Part shown: positions 53,423 to 64,000 of the stretch, one piece after another
Layout: each line of letters opens with the position of its first letter
Numbering within the stretch: position 1 is the first letter of the stretch
Source of the DNA: a virus
Virus record (IMG/VR): IMGVR_UViG_3300021365_000003
Reading direction: 5' to 3' (one strand)
DNA: 64,000 nt
The notes under the pieces: generated by a model
What the model was told of the DNA's origin: nothing
Databases searched by the model: none
What the model saw: only the letters and a program-made list of their open reading frames with translations
Made by a program: the position numbers and the translations under genes

Positions 53423-55237
53423 ATGTCAAAGGTCACAAAACCAGCGATACGCTACACATCAAGAGAATTTGATACAATTAAGCAGGATTTAGTATCTTTC
53501 ATTAAAAGATATTATCCGGATACTTTCCAAGACTTCCAAGAAGCCGGCTTTGGCTCAATGGTTCTTGACACCACTGCTTATGTTGGTGACATTCTTTCTT
53601 TTTACTTAGACTATTCTGTTAACGAGTCTTTTTTAGACACCGCCGGCGAGTTTGAGAACATAATAAAGATCGCTAGGCAAATGGGTTATCGATATCAGCC
53701 AAACAAAACATCAACTGGTATTTGCTCGTTTTACATTTTAGTCCCGGCAATAACCTCCAGCGACCTAGAAGGCGGCGCAGCGCCAAACTATAGTTATGCT
53801 CCTGTTTTATCTAGAGGGACATCGCTTAGATCGTCATCCGGAATAGCATTTACTCTCTCAACAGCTGTTGACTTTTCTAATCTCAATAACGAAGTCGTTG
53901 TAGCTGAGAGGGACGACGAAACCGGTCGGCCAACCAGGTTTGCGATAAAAGCATTCGGCCGTGTTGTTTCTGGAAAGAATTCAGTTCTGCAAAGAACTGT
54001 TGGCAACTTCAAGCCTTTTCAGAAAATTAGATTAAACAACAACAACATTATTGAGATACTTTCTGTCACAGACTCAAACAACAACGAATATTTTGAAGTT
54101 CCGAACTTGGCGCAGGATACAATCTATAGACAAGTACCTAACAATGGTCCAGATAAAGCGTATGTAAAATACCTCCTACAACCAAAAGCAACCCCAAGAA
54201 GATTTGAATTGCTTCGAGAACAAGGATCTGTTTATCTTAGGTTTGGATATGGATCAGAAGAAAATGTCGAGAGCCAAGAAAAAACAATTATACCAAGCAA
54301 GAAAACATTAGATTTATTCGGCAAAGAATACATTTCAGACACTTCCTTCGATCCAAACGTTCTTCTTAAGAGTGGCAAGTTTGGAATCTCTCCAGCAAAT
54401 ACAGTTCTTAACGTGGTGTATAGAGAGAACACCAATGCTAATGTCAACATTGCCGCCGGCACTCTAAACGCAATTGCAAGACCTTATTTTAAGTTTACTG
54501 ACGATGCGACTAGCGATAGTTTAAAATCACAAGTAATAAACAGTCTAGAAGTCACCAACGAGGAGCCTATCACCGGTGACCTATCTCCGCTAACAACTAG
54601 TGACATAAAAGTTCTTGCTTCTAACTCCTTATTCGCACAAAACAGAGCGGTAACAACAGCCGACTATAAAGCCCTGCTATCAGCAATGCCTTCTGGTCTC
54701 GGAGGGGTCAAACGAGTTGCGGCTTATAAAGATTCTGCAAGTTTGAAAAATAATATAAACTTATTTATTTTGTCAGAGGATGATTCCGGAAAGTTATCTA
54801 CACCTACCGATTCAATGTTCAACAACACTAAAGCGTGGTTGGCTAGATACAAACTAATAAACGATTCAGTTGACATCTTTTCTGCAAAAATCGTAAATGT
54901 TAAAGTAGACTTTGTTGCCGTAGCTGAAGAAGGGTATGACAAAGCTTCTGTCTTGGCACGAGTTAAAAGGGACCTCACTAGATACCTACGGCAAAACCCA
55001 AATGAAATAGGCGAGTCGGTTCAAGTAACAAAGCTTGCGAATGTTATTAACGAAACAGAAGGTATTGCTGATGTTATAAAACTTTTCTTGGAAAGAAAAA
55101 CAGGAGCAGATTATTCCTCAACTGTATACAATCTAAACGCAAACTATTCATCTGATGGTAGGAAGATCTTTATACCAAAAAATGTTATTTGGGAAGTTAA
55201 GTTTCCAAATCAAGATATCAACGGAGAGGTAAGATAA
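53423..55237 (+). CDS. baseplate wedge protein, gp6-like
   Basis: YTSREFD.IK, AYVGDILSFYLD, NESFLDTA, QNRAVT..DY. Confidence 0.9.
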   Translation: MSKVTKPAIRYTSREFDTIKQDLVSFIKRYYPDTFQDFQEAGFGSMVLDTTAYVGDILSFYLDYSVNESFLDTAGEFENIIKIARQMGYRYQPNKTSTGICSFYILVPAITSSDLEGGAAPNYSYAPVLSRGTSLRSSSGIAFTLSTAVDFSNLNNEVVVAERDDETGRPTRFAIKAFGRVVSGKNSVLQRTVGNFKPFQKIRLNNNNIIEILSVTDSNNNEYFEVPNLAQDTIYRQVPNNGPDKAYVKYLLQPKATPRRFELLREQGSVYLRFGYGSEENVESQEKTIIPSKKTLDLFGKEYISDTSFDPNVLLKSGKFGISPANTVLNVVYRENTNANVNIAAGTLNAIARPYFKFTDDATSDSLKSQVINSLEVTNEEPITGDLSPLTTSDIKVLASNSLFAQNRAVTTADYKALLSAMPSGLGGVKRVAAYKDSASLKNNINLFILSEDDSGKLSTPTDSMFNNTKAWLARYKLINDSVDIFSAKIVNVKVDFVAVAEEGYDKASVLARVKRDLTRYLRQNPNEIGESVQVTKLANVINETEGIADVIKLFLERKTGADYSSTVYNLNANYSSDGRKIFIPKNVIWEVKFPNQDINGEVR

Positions 55238-56658
55238 TGGCTTATAAAAAGTTTTTTGCAAATAAAGACAATACAATAACAAACGCCTCAAAGTTTGGTG
55301 GCACAACAAGGGCAACCGGTTCTAACATGGGTCTAGCAGACTCTGTTGAGATCTTTAAGCTCTATGGCAACATAACAACCTCGTCAGTAGAACAAAGCCG
55401 TGCCTTATTTGAGTTTGACACCGCAGAAATAAACACAGCAAGGACCAACGGTCAGATTCCTGCCTCTGGATCCGTTTCATTTTATCTCAACTTATTCAAT
55501 GCTAAGACCCCATTCACAACACCGAGAAACGTCGATCTAATAGTTCAAACAGTCTCTCGGGAGTGGGACGAAGGTCGTGGAATGGATATGGACGAATACA
55601 AAGATCTGGGCGAGTCAAGCTGGGTTTCCGCTTCCACCACTGCCGCCTGGACAACAGCAGGTGGTGACTTTCTTGATTCAGCCACTTACAATAAAACTTA
55701 TCGCCTAACAGAAGGAACTGAGGATTTATCAGCTGATATTTCAGACCTTGTAGAGGATTGGATTGATAGCACCGTAGCAAATTATGGAGTTATTGTAAGA
55801 CTCTCAGGCTCTTTGGAAACAGACTCTGACTCTTATTACACGAAAAAGTTCTTTGCTCGATCATCAGAGTTTTTCTTTAAACGCCCAACAATAGAAGCTC
55901 GTTGGGACTCTTCTGTGAAGGATCAAAGAGGAGACTTTTATGTTTCATCCTCAATGTTATCAACAGAAAATCTTCATACTGTTTATCTTTATAACAACTT
56001 TCGTGGTATCGCAAAAAACATTCCAGCAATAGGAACCGGCCCGATTTATGTAAAAATTTTTGATGCTGAGTCAGGCGGCACAGAACTAAACTCAGCAGTA
56101 TCTGTTAGTTATCCAGTGACTGGCGGCTATGCTGATACTGGTCTTTATTCTTGCTCATTTGATCTGAACACAACTTCGTCAACAGTGTATGATCGATGGT
56201 TTAACGCAGATTACTCAACTTGTTTCCACACAGGCACAATAGAGCTAAAAACTTATAATGCGCAAGAAGATAATAAAATAGAACCTTTAATTCTTTCTAT
56301 TACAAACTTACAAGACATTTATAGTCGAACAGGAATAGACACAAGGGTAAGGCTCTTTACTAGAAAACGCAACTGGTCCCCAACTGTTTATACGGTGGCG
56401 AGCACAGCAATAGAAAACTATTTTGTCGACAACATCTACTATAAAGTAGTAAGAAAGGTTGATAATGCTGATGTTGTTCAGTATGGCACAGGCTCAGTAG
56501 AACACACTCTTTTGTCTTACGATAAGCAAGGCTCTTATTTCGATTTTGACTTCTCTAGCTTAGAAGCGGGGTACCTCTATGAATTCAAGTTCATTATTAA
56601 AGAAGGAACTATTTATAATGAATACCCAACTGGCTTTAAGTTTAGAGTAGACGAATAA
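55237..56658 (+). CDS. structural protein (DNRLRE-like domain)
   Basis: SRALFEFD, WDEG, WTTAGGD, DISDLVEDW, NYG. Confidence 0.7.
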   Translation: MAYKKFFANKDNTITNASKFGGTTRATGSNMGLADSVEIFKLYGNITTSSVEQSRALFEFDTAEINTARTNGQIPASGSVSFYLNLFNAKTPFTTPRNVDLIVQTVSREWDEGRGMDMDEYKDLGESSWVSASTTAAWTTAGGDFLDSATYNKTYRLTEGTEDLSADISDLVEDWIDSTVANYGVIVRLSGSLETDSDSYYTKKFFARSSEFFFKRPTIEARWDSSVKDQRGDFYVSSSMLSTENLHTVYLYNNFRGIAKNIPAIGTGPIYVKIFDAESGGTELNSAVSVSYPVTGGYADTGLYSCSFDLNTTSSTVYDRWFNADYSTCFHTGTIELKTYNAQEDNKIEPLILSITNLQDIYSRTGIDTRVRLFTRKRNWSPTVYTVASTAIENYFVDNIYYKVVRKVDNADVVQYGTGSVEHTLLSYDKQGSYFDFDFSSLEAGYLYEFKFIIKEGTIYNEYPTGFKFRVDE

Positions 56659-59600
56659 TGACAATAAAAAAGTATTTTGAAAACAATTCTTTTTCGAATA
56701 ACTCATTAACCGACCTAGAAAACAAGGAAGGGATAGACTTTGAGTCGTTTGAGTATCTTGATGAGTTAGAAAAGCAAAGAACAAGGTTTATCCCCAACGT
56801 TGACTTTTCTAAGCCGGAAAACTTTGCTTTTTACGGTCTTGCTGAACAGTATTATAAAGATGCTACGTCAAGAGTTATCAACAACTATCCTTATGATGGT
56901 TCTAAAAAAGAGTTGACCGAATGGTATAATGACTCAACCTACTTTGACTTATATGTCTTTGAGAATGAATACCCCAGGTCTAATGGCTATGGTATCTTCG
57001 CCGCAAATGGTTGGGGTACAAAAGTATCAGTATCGCCCGACAATTATCGTTTAGATGAAAGCTTAGAATACATCTCTATCAAGGGCGGCCCAAACGCAGG
57101 CCCTGGCAACACATACGCCGGCGGCAACATTTATGACCCGTCTAAACAAAGAAACTCAAATTTAGCGCTAAACCTAGACACAAAAGGTGCCACGGTTGAG
57201 TTCTGGCTCAAAAAAAGTATTGTCGATCACCAAATCCGAGAGGTTGTCTTTGATCTCTGGAACAACGAGGTAAGCGGCACATCTGGTGTAGCCAATGAAA
57301 ACTATGGCCGGTTTAGAATCGAAATAAACACCTCAAGCGCCGGCAGTTTCGCTTCTCATAAGGCCTTCAGAGCCATTGTGCACTCTGGATCCAACAGGCA
57401 AGAGGTCTTACTAGGGGACTATACAACTACTGATTCTTTTGACAACCAAGGGTGGACCCACTTTGCTTTTGCGACATCAAAAAGCACCATAAAGCTTTAT
57501 AAAAACGGCGAATTAGACTCCTCTGCGGCCTATGGAACAGACTTTGGGAATGTTTCTGGTACACTAAACGCTTTTGTTGGCGCACTTATAACAAACCCTT
57601 CTGGCTCTACCGCAACAACCGGCTCTGGCAAGCTTTCAGGTTCAATTGACGAGTTTAGATACTGGAAAACTACTAGAACTGAGCGAGACATAGAAAGAAA
57701 CTGGTATACAAACGTCTATGGTGGCACTAATACAGACGACGCAAACACAGATCTTGGTGTTTACTTTAAGTTTAACGAAGGAATAACGGGAGATGCCACA
57801 ACGGATGCAACTGTCCTAGACTATTCAGGACGTATCTCTAATGGCACTTGGATCGGCTATACCTCCAACTCACGCAACATAGGCTCAGCGATTGTTTCAG
57901 CCTCTGCCGCCGAGAAAGAGTTTAAAGATCCAATCCTAAGAACCACAAACGCTCTTTATACCACTTATTATAATGATTCCCTAGAGAAAGGAAAGCGCCA
58001 CGATCTAAATAACTCATCAAACATTTACTATTCATTCCCTGATTGGATTATCGATGAAGACTTAGAAAGTGGAGAGAAGCTGCTCCAACTAGCACAAGCA
58101 GCCGCAAGTTATTTTGACACGGCCCAACTACAAGTTCAGTCTCTTAGAGAGCTAAAGGACATAGAATACTCTTCACAAACTGACGCACTAGACGATAAGC
58201 CAAATCCTTTTGCGGAACGCCTCTTGACCGAAAGAGGAATGATAGCACCCGACTTCTTTGTCGAGAGAACAGTATTAGAAGATCTTTCTCAAAAGACAGC
58301 AGGAGATGCTTTAGAATCAGATCTGTTCGATCTAAAGAACCTTATTTATCAAAACATTTATAACAACTTAGCGGATCTAGTAAAGCAGAAAGGCACAAGA
58401 GAAGCAATACGAAACGTTCTCCACACTATGGGAGTCGGTGAAGAGCTAGTTTCTGCCAAGACCTACATAACCAGTGAGAAACTAGTATTAGAAGACGAAA
58501 AATCTTACAGCAATCAAAGTATAAGGTTTATTGACTTTTCCAAGAAAAACTTTAGAGATGCCGTTGTTTACCAAACCGGCTCAACCTCAAACGAACTAGG
58601 ATACATAAGTTCTTCATCAGATAAAAATGCATTATGTGTAGAATCTTTTGTTCGATTCCCAAAAATAGATGAAAATACAGACACTGATCTTATACCAAAC
58701 TTTTTAGTTTCTTCTCTTTTTGGTTTTCACGACATTGATGAAACGTCAGCGCCATACAACACTTGGGAGTCCACATCAGCTGCCAGTGCTTTCGTAAGAA
58801 CGGTTAAAAATAACTTTCTTGCCGAAAAAGTATACTTTGAGCTAAGCTCTTCTGTAGTGGGTGTCACCGCTCTGACATCTTCTAATTTCTACAATGTATA
58901 CAACAACAGCGACTGGTACTTCTCGGTCCAGTTGGAGCCGCAAAACATTTTATTTCCTTCCTCGTCAGTTCCTGATTATGACCTAGTCTTTAGCGGATAC
59001 TCTTATATAGGAAACAACCTAAATGAGTCTTTTGTTGTTTCTTCATCAGTAAGTCGAGCAACAGCACTTTCATTCCTACAGACCAACCAAAAGGCCTACA
59101 TAGGCGCAGAGCGAACAAACTTTACTGCTGGAACGGTAAATAGCTCAGACGTTAAAAATGCTGGTTTGAGATTTTGGCTTAGAAACCTAACAGCCGACGA
59201 ACAAAAAAGCCATGCCCAAGACTTCCTAAACTATGGGTCTTCGACAAGGTTAAACAATTCCTATTCTTTAACTAGTTCCGTAAGACAAGGAGATCTAGCG
59301 CCAACTGACTATCTTGCTCTTAATTGGCAGTTTGACAAAATCACCACAACAGATGCGTCCGGATTGATTGAGGTGCTAGACTCAACCTCTGGTTCGGCCG
59401 AGAGAAGATCAAGAGGAACGTTCGTCAATAAAATAGCCGGGTATCACCATCCAGCCACATCATACGAGTTTCCGGTATCATCGACAGATGTTGTTCAGAC
59501 CTTATTTATTGACTCTTACTCACCTGTAGAGTTTGATGGCTACAACTCTGACAATTTGATTCAGATCAAGACAACAGAAGATGAAAAATACGGCCTAAAC

Positions 59601-62600
59601 TCACGTTTTGTTTCATTTGTAAGCACAGTAGAGAAAAGTGCGCAAGCAGGCATCAATGAAGAAATGCTAAAAATGTTTGGCTCTGTCAAGGAACTAGCAT
59701 CAAACTTTGCTCAGCCGTCAGATCGTTATAAAAAAGAATACAAAAACCTAAGATTCCTAAGAGAGAGGTTCTTTAAGAACGTTGCAAACGACGTTGATGT
59801 TGAGGACTTCCTACACTTCTATAAATGGATTGACAGCGCAGTCCAGGCGCTTGTCGGGCAGTTCATACCTGCAGCTGCGGACTATAATGAAGATGTATTT
59901 AACGTTATAGAATCGCACGTTCTTGAAAGAAACAAATACCAAACCAAGTTCCCGACTCTAGAAACGATGGACCGAGATCCGATAGCTGGCGCCGGCTCAA
60001 CGGCGTCGTCAATGACCATCTCACAAATGGGCGGCGTCTCCGAGCGAATTCCGACAGAGTATACCCTGGCTCCGGTTCAAAGTGTAAGCCCATCACCCGA
60101 AGACCAAAGCAGCCATACTGCCTGGTGGAAGGACAAAGTTAAACGCACTAACCCTGTTGTGTCTTCTGGTGATGCTGATGTTGATGCTGATCGAGAACAA
60201 ATAAGGCTGGTTAAACAGTCAGCTGCTGGCCGTTCTTATACAACCCCCCAAACTTTAGTTACTGATGATCTTAAGAATGAAAAAGATACAAGAGAAGCAA
60301 CTTATTGGGACGCATCAGTAAAAGAGTTCGGAGAGATTGTAGATGGAGAGTCTGAAGATTATCTTATTTCGTACGCTGATGATGTTGCTGCTTTAAAAGA
60401 TGATAATGATGTTATAGATCCGAACAAGAAAACTAAAATGGACTTCAAGGTTGAGAACGCTAGCGATCCCGATGGTTCCTATTCTCTTGGTAAAGGATCT
60501 TTGTTGGCGCCATACACAATGTGGGAATCCTCTGTTGATACGGGTTACCAAGCCGACTTATCAAATAACTTCAAAGCAGGCATTGGTATCAACAACCATC
60601 ACGACGATGTCTACTCAAAGTTCCGCAATGCCCCGATGCAGTCTCCGGTTACCCAACAATGGGTCGGTGGTAGAAAATACCGACATGTCCCTTTAAACAA
60701 AGGCTCAGACGCATTTGGAACACGCCCGGAAGGTTTTTATGTAAAAACAGTACCAATTGGCACAGTAACAGCAGTCCAGGCCAGCGGCACAATAAATTTA
60801 AACTCAAACCCAAACAACAATGATACAATAACAATCCCGTATACTTCTACCGATTCCGTTGTCTTTATTTTCAAGTCTAGCGCAAGTGGCGGCTCTACTA
60901 CACAAATACAGATTGGTGGAGGAGCCGGCTCAACGGCTACCACCGCAAGAAGTAAAATAAGTGCACACCCAGACCTTACTAGTCTTCTAACCGTTGGTGG
61001 TTCGGGAGCTAACATAACCTTGTTGTTCAATTCGGGCGAGGCAGAGCGCAACAACACGATAAGCACAACCGGCGGCGGCCGTATTACAGTTGCCGGGTTT
61101 GCCGGTGGGGTTGCGGCAGTAGCTGGCGTCAAGAACTTAAAAATTACAAAAACATCTTACACCATCGATGGAACGGCCGACTTTGATACTCCTCGTGGTT
61201 CTTTATATCGTGAAGAGCTAGCAAAAAGATCTGTTAACATAAAAAACAGGCCGTTTGAAAGCCCTGGTAACTTCAAGAAGAACTATGAAATTGTAATGGT
61301 TAACGGAAGAACCGAGAACAATCTCTGGTATCGCCATAACTCCACAGAAGTTTTGACAGAGGCTGAAGTTTGGAGTTTAAACAGAGGAACAACTTCACCC
61401 TATTTGAACGCCACGCTGCCCACAAGAGGCGTTGTAGAATCGGTTATAGTAAACCGCTTCTCTGCTCCTGGAGGCCCTGAGATCCAATCTCGTGGCTATT
61501 TAGAGCCTACTGGTGAAGAACTCTCACCTTATAATGCCTATCCTTTCCGAAACACAAGCGTTATTTACTCAAGTGGATCAGGAAACAATGATTTTACTGG
61601 CTCAACAGGTCCAAGAGTTAACGTTTATACAAACATCCACACACAAAATGATGGATTGAGAATACTTCTTTCCAGACGAAGAGGCAAATATGGTGTCGAC
61701 TCTGTCTTTGGAGCTGTAAGAGAACTTGACTACAACACAACTGGCTCTTATCACAAGATCTATGATAACCCAATAAGCCAATCAACAGGGATTAACTATG
61801 ACAACTTTTTTGTTTCACACCAGATCCCAAGAACTCCAGCCAGTTACTCTTGGGTTGCTAGTGCTCTAAACGGATCTAGTGGATCTTTCTCATACTCTAG
61901 AAACGCAACAGTCCCAAGTGGATCGACCTCACAAGCAGTTCCGTTTGCTGAGTTGATCAGCTCCATAGAAAGAACCACAACAGACAACAGAGCATTCACT
62001 GGTTTATTTAGTGGTTCTTCAACACCAACTAGTGCAGTATTGACCTCTTCTCTTTATGCCTCGATGGTCGATCAGGGAACCACAGAAATCACAAACGAAC
62101 TTACTGCTCCAAATGTTGGTATAGACAACTTCCACGTCTATACACACGCAATAAACAACTCTATCTTTGGGAACAACTCATTTAGCCAAATAAGAGGCGG
62201 AGACACAAGACAAGCAAGATCACTAAGAGAGAATAATACTTTATCATTTAGCTATCTTGATTCTCGTCGTTTGGCGGGAGGTGTATCAATACCGATAGAG
62301 TTGGTAAGGAACATCTCAATGGCGCCGATAGTAGAACATTATCCTGTAAAACAACAGTTGCTAATTGGCGCCACTACATCCAGTTTCCAATACTCATTTG
62401 GAAACGAGCTTGAGTATCTTCCACTATCAGATCCGCAACTTAATGCGCTGACCAATGTTCGTGAGATCCGAAGAAAGAAAAAAACAAACTTTAACTATAT
62501 TTCCGATTCTTATACCATAGGAACTCTAGCACAATTAAAAAGTATTACCTATAAGCAAAACATTTGGCCAAAGACTGAAAGAACATATTTAAAAGAAACC

Positions 62601-64000
62601 CGACAAAGAACGCAATTTACAATTAACTGGTGGAGTACTGGAAGGTCAACAAGAGATAGAGCATCAGATCCTTTATTGAACTCGTTAGGAAACAACGTTC
62701 TTTCTCAGTCAATTTGGGTTCTTGATGGCGTTAGTGATGTTGATAATCAGCCAAAAGATTTATTTGATTATAGTGGCTCCTACGCAGAAATTGACTTATA
62801 CAGCAGGAAAAACTTATTTAGCGCCGGTGAGTTAAACAACAATACCCAACTTAGTTATTTAATTGTTGGCATGCCCACTGGTCAAACTCTAGGCAGCCAG
62901 CCGTTCGTAAACAACCATTGGAAAAAGCTCTATATGGACTCACAAATTAGGCCAGGAGTTCAGTATGCTAGAGATTTCACAAGCTTTACCGGTAGTTTAA
63001 TCTTCTCAGCTAGTGCTGCTCCTGGTAATAATGTTGATTACTTTGTCCCACATCAAACAGTGGGCGGAACACCTTGGTCAGCAGCAGAAGAGGCCGGCAA
63101 AGAGCCTTTCTACTATGAGAACTATGATGCGTATATCCAAGAAGCAAAATCTGCTGGAAAAGAATATTCCGTCATTCCGGAATTTAGAATAAGCGAAACA
63201 ATAGATCAGATCCTAGCCGGCGAAGAAGGGGAGTCAACAATTCTTTCACCAATGCTTTCAATTACTGGCGGCTTCGTGGCGGATGATACTGAAAACAATT
63301 TCTATGCGGATTATACAAACTCAGATTTCTTAAAATATTTTAATATCATAAAAGACAAGCACGATTCGGCTGGTATCGAAAACCAAGGAACCCTAAGACT
63401 TTCTTGCGAAGCGATTAAAAAATTCCTTCCCTACGAAGGCTTCTACCCGGCTCAACGTGTTGTGCAACTAGGCACTCTATTCAGTCAATCATTTAGTGAT
63501 GTTATAACTATTAGCGGCGAGGGCAACCCTTACGATACTGGCGCTTCTAATCTTAACAATGGCGGCAGCTTTAGAACCGCTATGGCGCCATTCTATAGCC
63601 CAGGAATACTTTGCAACAGCATTAAATCAGGAATTTCAGTTGGATATCCTGTCTTTACATCAAGTTTTGACCCGGAATTAAATGTAACCGGCACTTATTT
63701 GTCCAACTCTTCAGGAACCTCCGTATATGATGATGAAGGGCCTAGAATCTCTGGATCGTTTAATTATAGGCTTCCTTTTGAGTCAATAACAGACCCTTTG
63801 GCTTACATCACTACAATGGTTGACTCGGAGCCCGATCCAACTGCTATTATAATCTCTACAGCTAGTTACGATTCTAGTCGTGGTGGATCTCCGCTTTACT
63901 CATTTGCTATTAATAACTTCTTAGCAGAAACAATGAACCTTTTCTTAAAAAACCGGTCTGTTTCTTCCTTGGTTTCAGCTGGTGAGAACGACTTTAGTTT
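56658..64000 (+). CDS. giant baseplate/tail protein with LamG-like domain, 3' partial (over 2400 aa)
   Basis: Start overlaps the previous stop (TAATG); MTIKKYFEN...VDFSKPENFAFYG...TVEFWLK...IDEFRYW; same frame open at the window end (spot-checked); absent from the ORF track, consistent with having no stop. Confidence 0.85.
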   Translation, partial: MTIKKYFENNSFSNNSLTDLENKEGIDFESFEYLDELEKQRTRFIPNVDFSKPENFAFYGLAEQYYKDATSRVINNYPYDGSKKELTEWYNDSTYFDLYVFENEYPRSNGYGIFAANGWGTKVSVSPDNYRLDESLEYISIKGGPNAGPGNTYAGGNIYDPSKQRNSNLALNLDTKGATVEFWLKKSIVDHQIREVVFDLWNNEVSGTSGVANENYGRFRIEINTSSAGSFASHKAFRAIVHSGSNRQEVLLGDYTTTDSFDNQGWTHFAFATSKSTIKLYKNGELDSSAAYGTDFGNVSGTLNAFVGALITNPSGSTATTGSGKLSGSIDEFRYWKTTRTERDIERNWYTNVYGGTNTDDANTDLGVYFKFNEGITGDATTDATVLDYSGRISNGTWIGYTSNSRNIGSAIVSASAAEKEFKDPILRTTNALYTTYYNDSLEKGKRHDLNNSSNIYYSFPDWIIDEDLESGEKLLQLAQAAASYFDTAQLQVQSLRELKDIEYSSQTDALDDKPNPFAERLLTERGMIAPDFFVERTVLEDLSQKTAGDALESDLFDLKNLIYQNIYNNLADLVKQKGTREAIRNVLHTMGVGEELVSAKTYITSEKLVLEDEKSYSNQSIRFIDFSKKNFRDAVVYQTGSTSNELGYISSSSDKNALCVESFVRFPKIDENTDTDLIPNFLVSSLFGFHDIDETSAPYNTWESTSAASAFVRTVKNNFLAEKVYFELSSSVVGVTALTSSNFYNVYNNSDWYFSVQLEPQNILFPSSSVPDYDLVFSGYSYIGNNLNESFVVSSSVSRATALSFLQTNQKAYIGAERTNFTAGTVNSSDVKNAGLRFWLRNLTADEQKSHAQDFLNYGSSTRLNNSYSLTSSVRQGDLAPTDYLALNWQFDKITTTDASGLIEVLDSTSGSAERRSRGTFVNKIAGYHHPATSYEFPVSSTDVVQTLFIDSYSPVEFDGYNSDNLIQIKTTEDEKYGLNSRFVSFVSTVEKSAQAGINEEMLKMFGSVKELASNFAQPSDRYKKEYKNLRFLRERFFKNVANDVDVEDFLHFYKWIDSAVQALVGQFIPAAADYNEDVFNVIESHVLERNKYQTKFPTLETMDRDPIAGAGSTASSMTISQMGGVSERIPTEYTLAPVQSVSPSPEDQSSHTAWWKDKVKRTNPVVSSGDADVDADREQIRLVKQSAAGRSYTTPQTLVTDDLKNEKDTREATYWDASVKEFGEIVDGESEDYLISYADDVAALKDDNDVIDPNKKTKMDFKVENASDPDGSYSLGKGSLLAPYTMWESSVDTGYQADLSNNFKAGIGINNHHDDVYSKFRNAPMQSPVTQQWVGGRKYRHVPLNKGSDAFGTRPEGFYVKTVPIGTVTAVQASGTINLNSNPNNNDTITIPYTSTDSVVFIFKSSASGGSTTQIQIGGGAGSTATTARSKISAHPDLTSLLTVGGSGANITLLFNSGEAERNNTISTTGGGRITVAGFAGGVAAVAGVKNLKITKTSYTIDGTADFDTPRGSLYREELAKRSVNIKNRPFESPGNFKKNYEIVMVNGRTENNLWYRHNSTEVLTEAEVWSLNRGTTSPYLNATLPTRGVVESVIVNRFSAPGGPEIQSRGYLEPTGEELSPYNAYPFRNTSVIYSSGSGNNDFTGSTGPRVNVYTNIHTQNDGLRILLSRRRGKYGVDSVFGAVRELDYNTTGSYHKIYDNPISQSTGINYDNFFVSHQIPRTPASYSWVASALNGSSGSFSYSRNATVPSGSTSQAVPFAELISSIERTTTDNRAFTGLFSGSSTPTSAVLTSSLYASMVDQGTTEITNELTAPNVGIDNFHVYTHAINNSIFGNNSFSQIRGGDTRQARSLRENNTLSFSYLDSRRLAGGVSIPIELVRNISMAPIVEHYPVKQQLLIGATTSSFQYSFGNELEYLPLSDPQLNALTNVREIRRKKKTNFNYISDSYTIGTLAQLKSITYKQNIWPKTERTYLKETRQRTQFTINWWSTGRSTRDRASDPLLNSLGNNVLSQSIWVLDGVSDVDNQPKDLFDYSGSYAEIDLYSRKNLFSAGELNNNTQLSYLIVGMPTGQTLGSQPFVNNHWKKLYMDSQIRPGVQYARDFTSFTGSLIFSASAAPGNNVDYFVPHQTVGGTPWSAAEEAGKEPFYYENYDAYIQEAKSAGKEYSVIPEFRISETIDQILAGEEGESTILSPMLSITGGFVADDTENNFYADYTNSDFLKYFNIIKDKHDSAGIENQGTLRLSCEAIKKFLPYEGFYPAQRVVQLGTLFSQSFSDVITISGEGNPYDTGASNLNNGGSFRTAMAPFYSPGILCNSIKSGISVGYPVFTSSFDPELNVTGTYLSNSSGTSVYDDEGPRISGSFNYRLPFESITDPLAYITTMVDSEPDPTAIIISTASYDSSRGGSPLYSFAINNFLAETMNLFLKNRSVSSLVSAGENDFS

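Noticed and set aside
1-64000. Stop-codon reassignment
   Set aside because: Recognisable genes read through in the standard code, and TAA, TAG and TGA all end genes at expected positions

Overview
This window is a 64-kb segment of a large (jumbo-type, contractile-tail) dsDNA bacteriophage, read in the standard genetic code with almost all genes on the + strand. It opens with tandem HREDGPA-repeat genes, tRNA-Arg and an ArfA-like peptide. A GC-richer island of tiny ORFs follows (about 1.24-3.95 kb), driven by six copies of a fixed-spacing bipartite motif GTGGATAAGATCC-N10-CGTCTAA; a seventh copy precedes uvsE. Next is a block of genes behind a putative late promoter (ACTATTTAT) whose products share an N-terminal MK(I/L)TKxxLxxIIKEE tag. 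That block includes an RpoE-like ECF sigma factor and a possible ADP-ribosyltransferase, with a lipoprotein carrying an FrpC-type self-processing module inserted among them. Envelope hydrolases, uvsE, an RNA-ligase-like/HIGH-nucleotidyltransferase fusion, tmRNA, TilS with tRNA-Ile2, tRNA-Asn, PhoH and a Cas4-like nuclease follow. An 18-kb sugar-biosynthesis/glycosyltransferase island, a gp55-like late sigma factor and baseplate genes complete the window, ending in an ORF of more than 2400 codons that runs off the right edge. The best candidate for a new system (inferred, untested) is a late-expressed, capsid-tagged ECF sigma factor that would be packaged in the virion and injected to fire its own immediate-early promoter class. 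All product calls come from motif recognition by eye; no database searches were run.
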